DNA of 64,000 nucleotides, taken from Sporopachydermia quercuum. Its lineage: Eukaryota. Position numbers and translations under genes: made by a program. The notes beneath the pieces were generated by a model, which saw only the letters and a program-made list of their open reading frames with translations, searched no databases and was not told where the DNA came from. Location of the stretch: assembly GCA_001599295.1 (NCBI GenBank), contig BCGN01000004.1, positions 872,138 through 936,137 on the forward strand. The letters are read 5' to 3'. This document shows, piece after piece, positions 26,833 through 38,755 of this stretch. Position 1 is the stretch's first letter, and every line of letters begins with the position of its first letter.

Positions 26833-29175
26833 ATGTTCGTTGCAAAACAAAGCTGTGAAACAGCATTTTGCGCAAGACAAAATGTTGCTATTCCGAGGCA
26901 TCTCATTAATAGGAGATATTTGAGCTTTACGTTTTCTAGAAATGGTAGTTTTTCTTCGATGAGAGATATTTTTCGTAATACTACGTCGAATAAAAGAAAA
27001 CGTTTATCTCAGGAAATCAATAATGAATGGGCAACTAAAAATGCATCTCATATACTAAAGATTAGTAAACCACAAGGCAAAAGCGTAAATGGCAACCTTT
27101 ATCATTCAAATCAAGAATACCTTGATAAGACATTGAAGGCAGCCTTCATAAGACTTAGTACCTCTTCCATTTTCACATCAGATAAGTACTTATCCGTTAT
27201 CAGAGGATTCACTATTACAAGAGAAGATATGTTAGACTGTCGAAAATTCTTTCGACAAAAAATTATCCACCAACTTAAGCAAGAAAACGATTTGTGTTCT
27301 GTCCTCGAAGATGTATACTTGAACCCTCCACAATCAATGGTTGGGAAAATGTTCTTTTTGGCTTGCAATGGTAAAACTCCAGAGAGTATTAAAAAAGCTT
27401 TCAATCTTAACACCACAGAAGATGAGGAAGATTTCATTCTAGAACGATCATTTATAGAATTTTTAGCTTCAACATTAGCAAAGAAACAAGCAATGAAGCC
27501 ATCTTTATTAGATATCACACATCCAGCTGAATGGTTCCCAGAAGCAAGGAAAATGAATAGAAAAATATACATGCATGTTGGACCAACTAATAGTGGAAAA
27601 ACATATAATGCCTTACAGAAATTGAAAAATTCATCAAGTGGGGTTTATGCTGGTCCTTTGAGACTTTTGGCAAGAGAAATTTATGATAGATTTCATTCAC
27701 AAAATGTGAGATGTAATTTAGTCACTGGAGAAGAAATGATTGATGATTTAGATCAATTTGGTAATAGAGCAAAACTTTCTAGTTGCACGGTAGAAATGGT
27801 GGATCTTGATACGCCAATAGACGTGGCAGTTATCGATGAGATTCAGATGATTGATAGTAGAGACAGAGGTTCAGCCTGGACAACCTCCTTCTTAGGAGTC
27901 CAGGCAAAAGAGGTTCATTTATGTGGAGAAGAAAGTACAGTACCTCTTATTACCAAGATCGCTGAAGGTTTAGGAGAAGAAGTAGAAGTTATAAGATATC
28001 AACGGTTGGGTGAATTGAGGGCTGAGAAAACTGCAATCAACGATGATGTGGAGCAATTACAAGAGGGAGATTGTGTCATCGCTTTCTCTAAGAGAAAGAT
28101 TTTTATGTTGAAGAAATTAATTGAAAGTCGTTTGAAACTTCCTTGCAGTGTTATTTACGGATCTTTACCTCCAGAGTCAAGGGCTTTACAAGCATATAAA
28201 TTCAATTCTGGTAAGAACAAGATCCTTATTGCTTCTGATGCAGTAGGTATGGGTTTGAATTTGAATATCAGGCGAATTGTCTTTAGCGATCATGTTAAAT
28301 ATGATGGAAAAAGTAACGTGGAGATTTCTGTCTCGCAAGCAAAACAAATTGCTGGACGAGCAGGTAGATTCAGTGTGGCACCAACTGGTGACAGAATGGG
28401 CTCCGCTTCAAAGGGTCAGGCAAAGGTAGGGTTGGTCACAGGTTTTACTGATAAGGTTCTAGGATTTGTTTCTCGATGTTTAGATCATCCTATTGCTCCT
28501 TTAACCAGAGCGGCTTTGTTGCCTCAGGATAGAGTTTTAGTTGACTACACTTTAGATTTGGCTGAGAATGACTCAATCATTAAAGTGCTGAATAACATCA
28601 AAGCTAAAGTAAAACCATCAACTTTATACCATTTGATTGACTTAAAAGATAGAGAAGAGTTAGCAAAGTCACTTACTGAAGTTCAAGATCTTATATTGCC
28701 GGAGCAAGTAAGAGTAATGACAGCTCCAGTTAAAGTTGATAGACTCAGTGATAGTAGAGAATTTTTCCTGAAATTATGTTCATCTCTTGCTAATTCAGAG
28801 ACAGTTTCATTACTTGATATTAATCATCCAGACATGACAAAGTTAACTCATTCTCGGCCTTACAACAGAGATATTTTATTGAAGTTTGAAGATTTGCATA
28901 AGTGCATATGCTTGTTTCTATGGCTGACTTACAGATACCCAACTACATTTATTGATAGAGAAGGAGCGACAGATTTGAAACATTTATGTGAAAAATGCAT
29001 TAATGAAGCAATAGAAGATGCAGGTATTACAATTTTCAAATCTTTCGATAAGCCAAGACGCTCTTCCAAAGCGAAGCATAAAAAGGGCAATCGCGGAACG
29101 ATGTTTCCACAAAATGGACAAGCACCTTATTATCCCAATAATAAACCACGGGACAATCATATACACTCAACCTGA
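26833..29175 (+). CDS. SUV3: Mitochondrial degradosome RNA helicase
   Basis: HVGPTNSGKTY, YAGPLRLLAREI, DEIQMI, ASDAVGMGLNL and QIAGRAGR. Presequence-like N-terminus. Confidence 0.95.
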   Translation: MFVAKQSCETAFCARQNVAIPRHLINRRYLSFTFSRNGSFSSMRDIFRNTTSNKRKRLSQEINNEWATKNASHILKISKPQGKSVNGNLYHSNQEYLDKTLKAAFIRLSTSSIFTSDKYLSVIRGFTITREDMLDCRKFFRQKIIHQLKQENDLCSVLEDVYLNPPQSMVGKMFFLACNGKTPESIKKAFNLNTTEDEEDFILERSFIEFLASTLAKKQAMKPSLLDITHPAEWFPEARKMNRKIYMHVGPTNSGKTYNALQKLKNSSSGVYAGPLRLLAREIYDRFHSQNVRCNLVTGEEMIDDLDQFGNRAKLSSCTVEMVDLDTPIDVAVIDEIQMIDSRDRGSAWTTSFLGVQAKEVHLCGEESTVPLITKIAEGLGEEVEVIRYQRLGELRAEKTAINDDVEQLQEGDCVIAFSKRKIFMLKKLIESRLKLPCSVIYGSLPPESRALQAYKFNSGKNKILIASDAVGMGLNLNIRRIVFSDHVKYDGKSNVEISVSQAKQIAGRAGRFSVAPTGDRMGSASKGQAKVGLVTGFTDKVLGFVSRCLDHPIAPLTRAALLPQDRVLVDYTLDLAENDSIIKVLNNIKAKVKPSTLYHLIDLKDREELAKSLTEVQDLILPEQVRVMTAPVKVDRLSDSREFFLKLCSSLANSETVSLLDINHPDMTKLTHSRPYNRDILLKFEDLHKCICLFLWLTYRYPTTFIDREGATDLKHLCEKCINEAIEDAGITIFKSFDKPRRSSKAKHKKGNRGTMFPQNGQAPYYPNNKPRDNHIHST

Positions 29176-29501
29176 GGGGGCATTCAAAGCATTTTAATGT
29201 GTTCAGTTGATGACTTTTCCTTCAATTACCTCTGGTTCTTATATTACATTCATTATGAAATCTGATGGGTCTTCATCAATATCAACTTCGGAAATATATA
29301 TCAAAATCTGCTTTCTGAACTGATAATATATTTACCATTGTATCTCTTGAAGTGTATTGATTGACTTAGATTCAGATGTGTCATCGCATGCTTTGACATT
29401 TACTTGTAAATAAATACTTTAATAAATCATTCAAATGCTATGGATGATCATGTATGTGTGTAGCCTTGAGAAAGTTTCTGATCATCTGTGGTCGAGCCAG
29501 T

Positions 29502-30225
29502 TCATATCTTCACTGTCGGGAATAATATTCGTACTGCTTTGCTTGCTATAATGTCTGGTGAAGCAGATTCGGAATCAACAAATAACACATCACCACCATT
29601 CTCTAATAGTTCCTCATTGACAGGCTTCTCCAATGCTTCAAACTGACTCTTCAACATTGCTGGTTTCATATAATGACCTGCCCTAGCTAGTAGTCTATCA
29701 ACCAGAACTTTTTCGTCTGCATATAAAAATAGAAACACAAGTTTAACTGATACATTGACTTTTTTGTTGAATGCGCCCAAATGTGATCTCAAGTGGTCTC
29801 TGTATTTCCTCTTCAAGGCTGAACAGGAAACAACAGCTATTGTAGAAGTATTAGATAGTTCTACTGCAGATGAAGCTGATGTATTAATAACACTTGTTAA
29901 CCAATGCCACCTATCTTCATCTTGTAGAGGAATATTATTAGCCATCTTCAGGATGTTCTAATCTTAGAGTTAAAATCAAGTTCATAGAGATTAGACTGTA
30001 ATTGGACAAAAAAAAATTCAACTTCAAAATCGATGGTTCCCGTTAAAACAACAGAATTGCTTACATTCTGGTCATTTGCCATCTTATACTTACTTCAGGA
30101 GGATGTAGTTTATCACCTTCAATGAATGGGGCACCAAGAATTGCAGCAACTTTTTCCCCTATTGTTGTCTTCCCTGTCCCTGCTGTTCCTCCTACTATTA
30201 TTACTGTATTACCGCCATTTGTCAT
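29502..30225 (-). CDS. Gluconokinase (GntK/IdnK, YDR248C-like); exons 30225-30094, 29957-29502
   Basis: P-loop GGTAGTGKTT, EGDKLHPPE|NILKMANNIPLQDEDRWHWL, SCSALKRKYRD and HYMKPAMLKSQFEALE. GTAAGT intron in phase 0. Confidence 0.92.
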
Positions 30226-30549
30226 CCTGTATAAATATATATTATTTCAATGCCACTTCTGTTCGTAATCTTAACTTTCTATATCACTACCTTTTCAATA
30301 CTCTTCACCATGTATTTTATTCATTCTCTTATAGGATGTTTAATCGAACCTGTCAATTGTACTTACTTCCAATCATCAACAGGACCAAAATCTATCACCA
30401 TCTATCACATATCCCTAGCAAGCTAACAAAACAACCACAAATCTAATCATTGAGATACTTTTCTCTATATTTATTCATCTTTTTCAGTTCTCTCAATTGT
30501 CAGACGTAAATATACTTGATCCCTCAATCCTTTTCACAACACCATGTAT

Positions 30550-30660
30550 TCATCCGAAAGTTTATCCGAAGAACCCTTTGTGTGGGGTGTGCCCCCACGT
30601 AGTTTGAAAAAAAAAACTACCCCCACAGATTGAACGAAAAATTACAATGCTTCGGTGGGC
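30550..30660. promoter_or_regulatory. Cluster of Mig1/CreA-type SYGGRG boxes and CCG/CGG triplets in a divergent promoter
   Basis: GTGGGG at 30582-30587, CCCCAC at 30593-30598 and 30621-30626; ATCCGAA direct repeat at 30552 and 30564; TTCGG at 30651. Confidence 0.5.
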
Positions 30661-30972
30661 TAATATATGAAAATCTGGAGAACGATGGAAAAGACGGGAA
30701 TAGCATAAAATATGAATTATATATAGAGAGAAATCCTTAATAGAAACGTTTCAACTGTTTAAATTGAAGACGTTGTGTGATTTTGGATGTTAATTTGACA
30801 TGTGTAAATGTTNGAGGATAAGTTGAATTAGGTGATTTGCCAGCTTCAGGGGTATGAGGAGATAGGACAAAGCAGGATTGATAGTTGAATTGAAATGAGA
30901 TGAAAAGCTTTTTATAGACCGATATAAAAGAAAAACATATATAAAATAGTTTGAAGGATAAATCTGGGAAAA

Positions 30973-31980
30973 ATGACTAAGACACGGCCCGTTGCATTGT
31001 TAATTGGAGAAGTGAACTATGCTGGAGAAGAATGGAAAGCACTACAGGATATTGCAGATTTGAAGCATATTAGTGGTGGTACTCGGAAGAGTATTCTACA
31101 AGATTTCAAATCAGGCAAATATAACGATGTTATTGTAATTTATCGTACGTTTGAATCGGGCGCATTCACAGGAAGATTTGATGACGAGCTGATTGCATGC
31201 TTACCTTCATCTCTTAAATATATCTGTCATAATGGTGCAGGATATGATCAAATTGATATTCCAATATGTACCAAAAGAGATATCAAAGTATCACACACAC
31301 CACAAGCGGTTGATAATGGTACCGCCAATATTGCTATAAAGCTTATGTTATTAGCACTGAGAAGAGCGTGGAAGCCAATGGTATCTGTTCGCGAAGGTAA
31401 ATGGAGAGATGGTATGGATTACGGACATGATCCTGAAGGTAAGACGCTTGGTATCATTGGTATGGGTGGTATTGGTAGTGCTTTTGCCAGAAGAGCTAAG
31501 GCGTTTGACATGAATATTATTTATTGTAATCGAAACGAAATTGCTTCCGAATTGAATACCGTGGATGCTAAGTATGTCACATTTGATGAACTTATTGAAC
31601 AAAGTGACATTATTAGTCTCCACGTTCCTTTGAATGACGAAACTCGACATCTCATCTCTAGAGCCGTTTTGGCGAGAACCAAGAAAGGTGTTATCATTAT
31701 CAACACTGCTAGAGGTCCTATAATAGATGAAGAGGCATTAGCCGAATATTTAGAGTCTGGCCATGTCTACAGTGCCGGTTTAGATGTATTTGAATTCGAA
31801 CCAAAGATAAATCAAAAGTTACTCAATAACCCTAATACTATATTGTTCCCTCATATTGGTACGTTAACATACGAAAGTCAACATGCAATGGAATCTTTAG
31901 TCATCAAGAACGTACGATCTGCTCTCACATCTGGTTCATTGCTAACTCAAGTTCCTGAACAGCGAAACGTCAAGCTCTAA
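30973..31980 (+). CDS. D-isomer-specific 2-hydroxyacid dehydrogenase (glyoxylate/2-ketogluconate reductase family, GOR1-like)
   Basis: HNGAGYDQID, GIIGMGGIG, INTARG, GLDVFEFEP and PHIG catalytic motifs. Confidence 0.93.
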   Translation: MTKTRPVALLIGEVNYAGEEWKALQDIADLKHISGGTRKSILQDFKSGKYNDVIVIYRTFESGAFTGRFDDELIACLPSSLKYICHNGAGYDQIDIPICTKRDIKVSHTPQAVDNGTANIAIKLMLLALRRAWKPMVSVREGKWRDGMDYGHDPEGKTLGIIGMGGIGSAFARRAKAFDMNIIYCNRNEIASELNTVDAKYVTFDELIEQSDIISLHVPLNDETRHLISRAVLARTKKGVIIINTARGPIIDEEALAEYLESGHVYSAGLDVFEFEPKINQKLLNNPNTILFPHIGTLTYESQHAMESLVIKNVRSALTSGSLLTQVPEQRNVKL

Positions 31981-33094
31981 TTATAAGTCAACACCCCCAA
32001 ACTCTTTTTCTCTCTCCTACGTGTATAATGATAATCAATGCCGCATTCATAAATAAAATATTGTAGCCTGTATTCTTAGTTGTAGAACAATATAGGATCA
32101 TACATATGAACAAACAAGTTATTTGATGAGATAGATAACAGTTTGTTCCAAATCCGGATGAAAAGCTCTTGATCACGTAATTAATAATGAGTGCTCTCTG
32201 AACAATAAAAAGCCCAACAAAACAATAGGGAACTGATATAAAGTTGGGTTGAACGGTTTGAGTTAGTAATGAACATAGTACATAACTCAGTTAGTTGGTA
32301 ACCGTTTTCACGGGCAAATGCAGACAATATCAAACAAAAATGTCTGAAATAAAGAGGTTAATATGTCATAATATTGATAAAAATCTGAGAGTAATTCTCA
32401 GATTGTCAACTAAAAGAATGCATTCTTTTGCGAAGGTCTGATTCCTCGGTTAATTTGAAATGTGGGGACAGAGTGTTAGGGTACATCCCGTTTCGTCTCT
32501 TGAGGTTTCCATAAAAGGGTCTCGTGGTTAAGATATATCATTAACAAAAAAAATGTGGAGATTATAGATACTATATAATACGAATGTATAACGCTGTGAT
32601 CGGACAAACAAAATTTAGTGGCTATATATTTCAAAAACAATTACACTGCTTTAATGAGTGAATAGTTTTTCTGCTTTCTTGCTTCGCTTAACCGCTTAAA
32701 ACTGTTCTTGTCATTACTAATCCTAAGGAGTTTCTTTTCAGGCCCTTATTTAGAACTGATTTTGTACATAGCCACTTACTCTGAAGACCCCTTGAAGACC
32801 CTAGTTAGTCGCGAGAATTGATATGTGTCGTGTCGAGGAACTACTGCGAATAATTGTTGACTCTTTATCCTTTAAAAGGTACAACGCACCTTGTTGATAA
32901 CGAAGCAAGAAGATTAGTAACATAGAAATGCTAATATAGAAATTATATATATATGATATTTAACAATATAAGTAACATTGAGTAGATTTTCTTTACTACA
33001 GTTATTATAAGTATAAGAAGAAGCTAAAACGCTGGCAGATAATAAGTTTCTTGACCTTGCATTATCAATTCATCTGACAAATTATACTTACAAG

Positions 33095-34294
<1,200 letters not shown>

Positions 34295-35195
34295 TTACTA
34301 GTGCCTTACACTGCAATCTCACAACGTTTTCCTGCCAAAGAAACAAAGAATAGTCGCATGGCTAATAAAACCATTAAACAATAATAATACTAATACTAAA
34401 ATATATATAATCTATTCTATGGTAAACTTGAGCGTAAAGCCTCTGAGTAGTTCTCCTGATCCATTTCTGCCATTCAGGGAATCAGTACTGCTTAAATATA
34501 TAGCTTTTGAGGCTAAAGATGTAAATTGAGTGCATTGCCTTTACGATATTATAATTCCGATGTCCTTTATGAAAGCTTATATCTGCATCTAATCCTATCG
34601 TTTTCTTGTTCATACAGAATTCTAGATTCATATATCAATTTTGCTTATCCACTCAGTGGTTGATTATCCTTCAGGACTATTAGTGTTTTGGTTGTAGGTA
34701 TTGAGGTTTTTCCGAAACTTTATTCTCAAGTGATGGATCTTGATACGCATTCAAGGTGTGAAACGAAAGGTTCTAGTATTCAATGAGTATCTACAAATGT
34801 GAAACGGTTCTTTTATGCTATTTAAAAGTGAAAACCGGCTTAGGCGTAATGAAACAACCGATTATAAATAATTATGCAGTTACAATTGCTTTCTCCCTAG
34901 TATCGTTCGGATTGTATATGGGTTACGTACAGTTAGAGTCTCAATCTCATATCTTCTATCCTGTTCGTCAGCTTGTATATTCAATTATATACGACTCATA
35001 TTAGTGATCTGATATTAATACCAAGTAGATTAACCGTTTGAAAAGTATTATTGTAAGCTATAATAGAAATATTTGGAAGCCAAATTCTTTTATTTCTGTT
35101 ATACCCTTATTATTAAAGTTCAAAGAGATAATGCACCTATATGCACAATCAAAGCACCAAACACATCGTTGTGAAATTTTTGTTAAGAAAAGCAT

Positions 35196-35202
35196 TGACT
35201 CA
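35196..35202. promoter_or_regulatory. Gcn4/CpcA-type element upstream of the DAHP synthase
   Basis: Perfect TGACTCA about 160 nt before the ATG of an aromatic amino-acid biosynthesis gene; a partial GACTCA lies near 34993. Confidence 0.5.
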
Positions 35203-35360
35203 TCAAACTATTTTTCACATTGGTGTTCCAAACAACAATCAAGACATTTTTTATTATCTTTCTAGAAACTATTACAGCGGGTGCGACATAAAATTGAAAG
35301 ATTTCAACTTTCATTTATATAGGTTATCCTGTGATTACTTATTGTTCCACTTGAATCATC

Positions 35361-36866
35361 ATGAGTCTGCCCAAAGTCACTATTCATGATCCTACACCAT
35401 TGGTTGCCTCAAAAGGTGCCAAGTCTGCTGCAAAACTTCGTTCAAAATCAAGTGAACAAGAGGCCTTAAAAAACAGTATCGAAACATTCAGACAGGATCA
35501 ATGGACACCAACTTCTTGGCAAGCAAAGCCTATAAAACAGGATGTTTTGTACGATGATGAGGAGGAAGTTGAAAGGGCATTGAAAAAGTTGGAATCATTA
35601 CCTCCCTTAGTTCATCCAAAGGAGATCAATAGTTTGAAACAAAAGCTGAAGATGGCTGCCGAAGGTAAGGCATTTGTTTTACAAGGTGGTGACTGCGCTG
35701 AGTTATTTGATTATTGCAATCAAGATAAAATTGAAGGTAAATTGAAAGTTTTACTGCAAATGTCACTAGTATTGATTTGGGCTATGAAACTTCCGGTTGT
35801 AAGAATTGGTCGTATTGCCGGTCAGTACGCTAAACCAAGGAGTCAATTAACCGAAATTGTGAACGGAGTTGAAATTCCTTCCTTCCGTGGAGATAATGTA
35901 AACGGCTTTGATATAAATGAAAGAAGACCTGACCCTGAACGACTGGTTAAAGCTTATTTCCACTCTGCGGCGACATTGAATTTCATTCGAAGTAGTTTGA
36001 GTAATGGGTTTGCTGATTTAAAAGATCCTGTTGAATGGGATTTAAGTCATGTTAAGAACAGCTCTACAAAGAAGAGGTATGAAGATGTTGTGAAAAGTTT
36101 AAGTGAATGTTTACAGTTCATGACAACTATTGGAGTCGATAATAACTCAGCTGAATTTTCAACAGTTGATTTCTTCACAAGTCATGAGGCGTTGTTGTTG
36201 GAATATGAACAAAGTTTAACTAGAAAGCTAAAGGATCCACAGGACGGCACTTTCAAATGGTTCAATACCTCTGCACACTTTATTTGGATTGGTGATCGAA
36301 CAAGGCAACTTGATTGTTCTCATGTTGAGTTTTTCAGAGGTGTTCAAAATCCTATTGGAGTTAAGGTTGGTCCATCTATGAAAGATGAGGAGTTATGTGA
36401 TTTGTTGGACATTGTTGATCCAAATTTCGAAATTGGAAGAGTCACATTGATTACACGTTACGGTGCCAATAAGGTTGAAGAGTACTTACCAGGTCATATT
36501 CAAGCTGTTAAGAAAACAAAACATAAAATCGTATGGATATGCGATCCTTGCCATGGTAATACAAAGAAGTCACCTAATACTCAATTGAAGACACGTTATT
36601 TCGAAGATATAATCACTGAATTGTCAAAATGTTTAACAATCCATAGAGAAAATGGTAATAAGTTGAACGGCGTACATTTGGAGCTAACTGGTGATTCAGT
36701 TACTGAATGTATTGGTGGAACAGAAGAATTGGAGGATGATGATTTAAGTGTAAGGTATGAAACATATTGTGATCCTCGATTAAATGATACACAATCTTTA
36801 GATGCAGCATTCCTCATAGCAGATTATTTCCGTGGTGGTGATTTAATGAAAGAGATTGAAAATTAA
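35361..36866 (+). CDS. Class II DAHP synthase (phospho-2-dehydro-3-deoxyheptonate aldolase, AroA-II type)
   Basis: LQGGDCAELF, RIAGQYAKPRS, SFRGDNVNG, WIGDRTRQ, CDPCHGNT, GVHLELTG and YETYCDPRLN are class II signatures. Confidence 0.95.
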   Translation: MSLPKVTIHDPTPLVASKGAKSAAKLRSKSSEQEALKNSIETFRQDQWTPTSWQAKPIKQDVLYDDEEEVERALKKLESLPPLVHPKEINSLKQKLKMAAEGKAFVLQGGDCAELFDYCNQDKIEGKLKVLLQMSLVLIWAMKLPVVRIGRIAGQYAKPRSQLTEIVNGVEIPSFRGDNVNGFDINERRPDPERLVKAYFHSAATLNFIRSSLSNGFADLKDPVEWDLSHVKNSSTKKRYEDVVKSLSECLQFMTTIGVDNNSAEFSTVDFFTSHEALLLEYEQSLTRKLKDPQDGTFKWFNTSAHFIWIGDRTRQLDCSHVEFFRGVQNPIGVKVGPSMKDEELCDLLDIVDPNFEIGRVTLITRYGANKVEEYLPGHIQAVKKTKHKIVWICDPCHGNTKKSPNTQLKTRYFEDIITELSKCLTIHRENGNKLNGVHLELTGDSVTECIGGTEELEDDDLSVRYETYCDPRLNDTQSLDAAFLIADYFRGGDLMKEIEN

Positions 36867-37714
36867 AATCACAGAAAATTAGTGTAATGGTATCAACCAT
36901 TACATTTGTATTTTGTAGCTGTCCATAGCCTGCAATGTTTATCTATCTAGGTATCAAAAACTTTATGATCATCTACCACTCTCTAAGCAATAGTATGATA
37001 ATTTTCTATTCAATGTACGATTAGATAGAGTCTCTCACTAGCTCCCTTTTAGCATATATATAATTGGTGCTCAATGAGATAATTTTGATCCCACAATAAT
37101 CCCATTGTCGCAACTTTGTAGCCCTCTAACAGATTCCCCGTTCCAACTATAGATCACAACAACGGCTATGAAACGAAAAAAGAAGAAAGAGAAGGCGGGA
37201 AATCTAAAAATAAATCCACTGAAATAGTGCAGTTTCTAAAAGGTAATGGGATTCAATCAAAACTGCCCTTCAATTTGGTGCAAAAATGATTTGAACTCAC
37301 TCATGTTTACATCAAATGGAAGGGTGGTGAGATCATTTTTATTTGATGTAGCCAATGTACCAATAATACAACTACCGCCAATCGTTGATGTATCCCAACA
37401 GCAAATAATTCTGTTAGAGATCACGTGTAATCTTCAATATGTCCCTACCCCGCAAAACAAACATCGAACAGTCACGGGACTTGATATCAGCTGCTTCCTT
37501 CAAGAGAAATTGGGATTTCACTTTGCACTCGTAATGTGCTTCTTAATTACGCGCACACTTTGTCTCTTTTGCCTTCCCCTGAGTTGCAAACCAACTTTGG
37601 CGATAAAGCTTTATAGTTGAATTTGTGTACTCCAAACATATTCAACTGAANATTAACTGATCTAGCTGACCATTTGACTGATTCACCTGTTATTTACGAT
37701 TAATTACCTTTGTA

Positions 37715-38320
37715 ATGGCTCTTCCCCCTAAACACGCAGGCCATAGGATAGGCTCTCCAGAAGGACAAGCTGTTGAGTTGTATTTAGACTACAATTGCCC
37801 TTACAGTAAGAAGATATTTATCAAGTTACTTGATGAATATATTCCATTTTTCAACAAGAAATATCCTGATCAATTTCAGTTTATTTTCAGACAAGTTCCT
37901 CAACCATGGCACCCTCAAAGCACTCTTTTACATGAAGCAGCATTAGCTGTTGAAAGACTTGACCCTATCAAATTTTGGGCCTACTCAGAACTTTTATTTG
38001 ACGCTCAAGAAGACTTTTTTGACTCTGCTACATATAGAGAAACAAGAGAAGACGGTTACAAGAGATTGGCTAAACTTGCAGGTCGGCTTGGATTGGATAG
38101 TGAAGAAGTTTTAAAGCTTTTAGCCATCGATACATCAAAAGTGAATAATAGTGGTAACGCTGTTAATAATGATTTGAAACCTTTGATTAGATTTGCTCGT
38201 CAGAATGGTATCCATGTTACACCTACAGTAGCCATCAATGGAATTATTGTTCCATCAATCGAATCATCATCAGATTTAAATGATTGGCTTGAAGTTTTAG
38301 ATCCTTTAGCTAAACAGTGA
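37715..38320 (+). CDS. DsbA-like thioredoxin-fold protein with a single-Cys xxCPYS motif
   Basis: MALPPK, LYLDYNCPYS, QVPQPWHPQS and RQNGIHVTPTV (cis-Pro loop). A possible terminal intron overlaps the stop codon. Confidence 0.85.
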   Translation: MALPPKHAGHRIGSPEGQAVELYLDYNCPYSKKIFIKLLDEYIPFFNKKYPDQFQFIFRQVPQPWHPQSTLLHEAALAVERLDPIKFWAYSELLFDAQEDFFDSATYRETREDGYKRLAKLAGRLGLDSEEVLKLLAIDTSKVNNSGNAVNNDLKPLIRFARQNGIHVTPTVAINGIIVPSIESSSDLNDWLEVLDPLAKQ

Positions 38321-38755
38321 GTTCGTTAGTTAATTCTTCGGTTAAGTAACCATTAACTAACGACGCATTCAGTAACCTTCTCTTCTATATTAGTTAACGA
38401 TCTATTAGTTGATTCTTTAAATAGTTAGTAGTATCATGGTAATACTATTTTGAATCTACGTACCTAAGAATCTAGCTATTCCTCCATGTCTTTTCCCTGT
38501 ATCATGCTTTCATTCTAGTTTCTACTGTGCATACTGACATAGCTTTTTTTTTTTAATTGATCTGTAGTCGAGTCATTTTATTAGTATTTCCTACCTATTG
38601 TTACACTGGAAGTTTTATATCCATTTCTAATGGCGATCTGTAGATCGCATTCTTTGATTGTTCATCAGTAGTGAAACCAATCAATCAAGTCTCATGGTAA
38701 TCATGCCTGTATTTTCATCCAGAATAATTACCATCATTAACATTCGACGTTCCTG

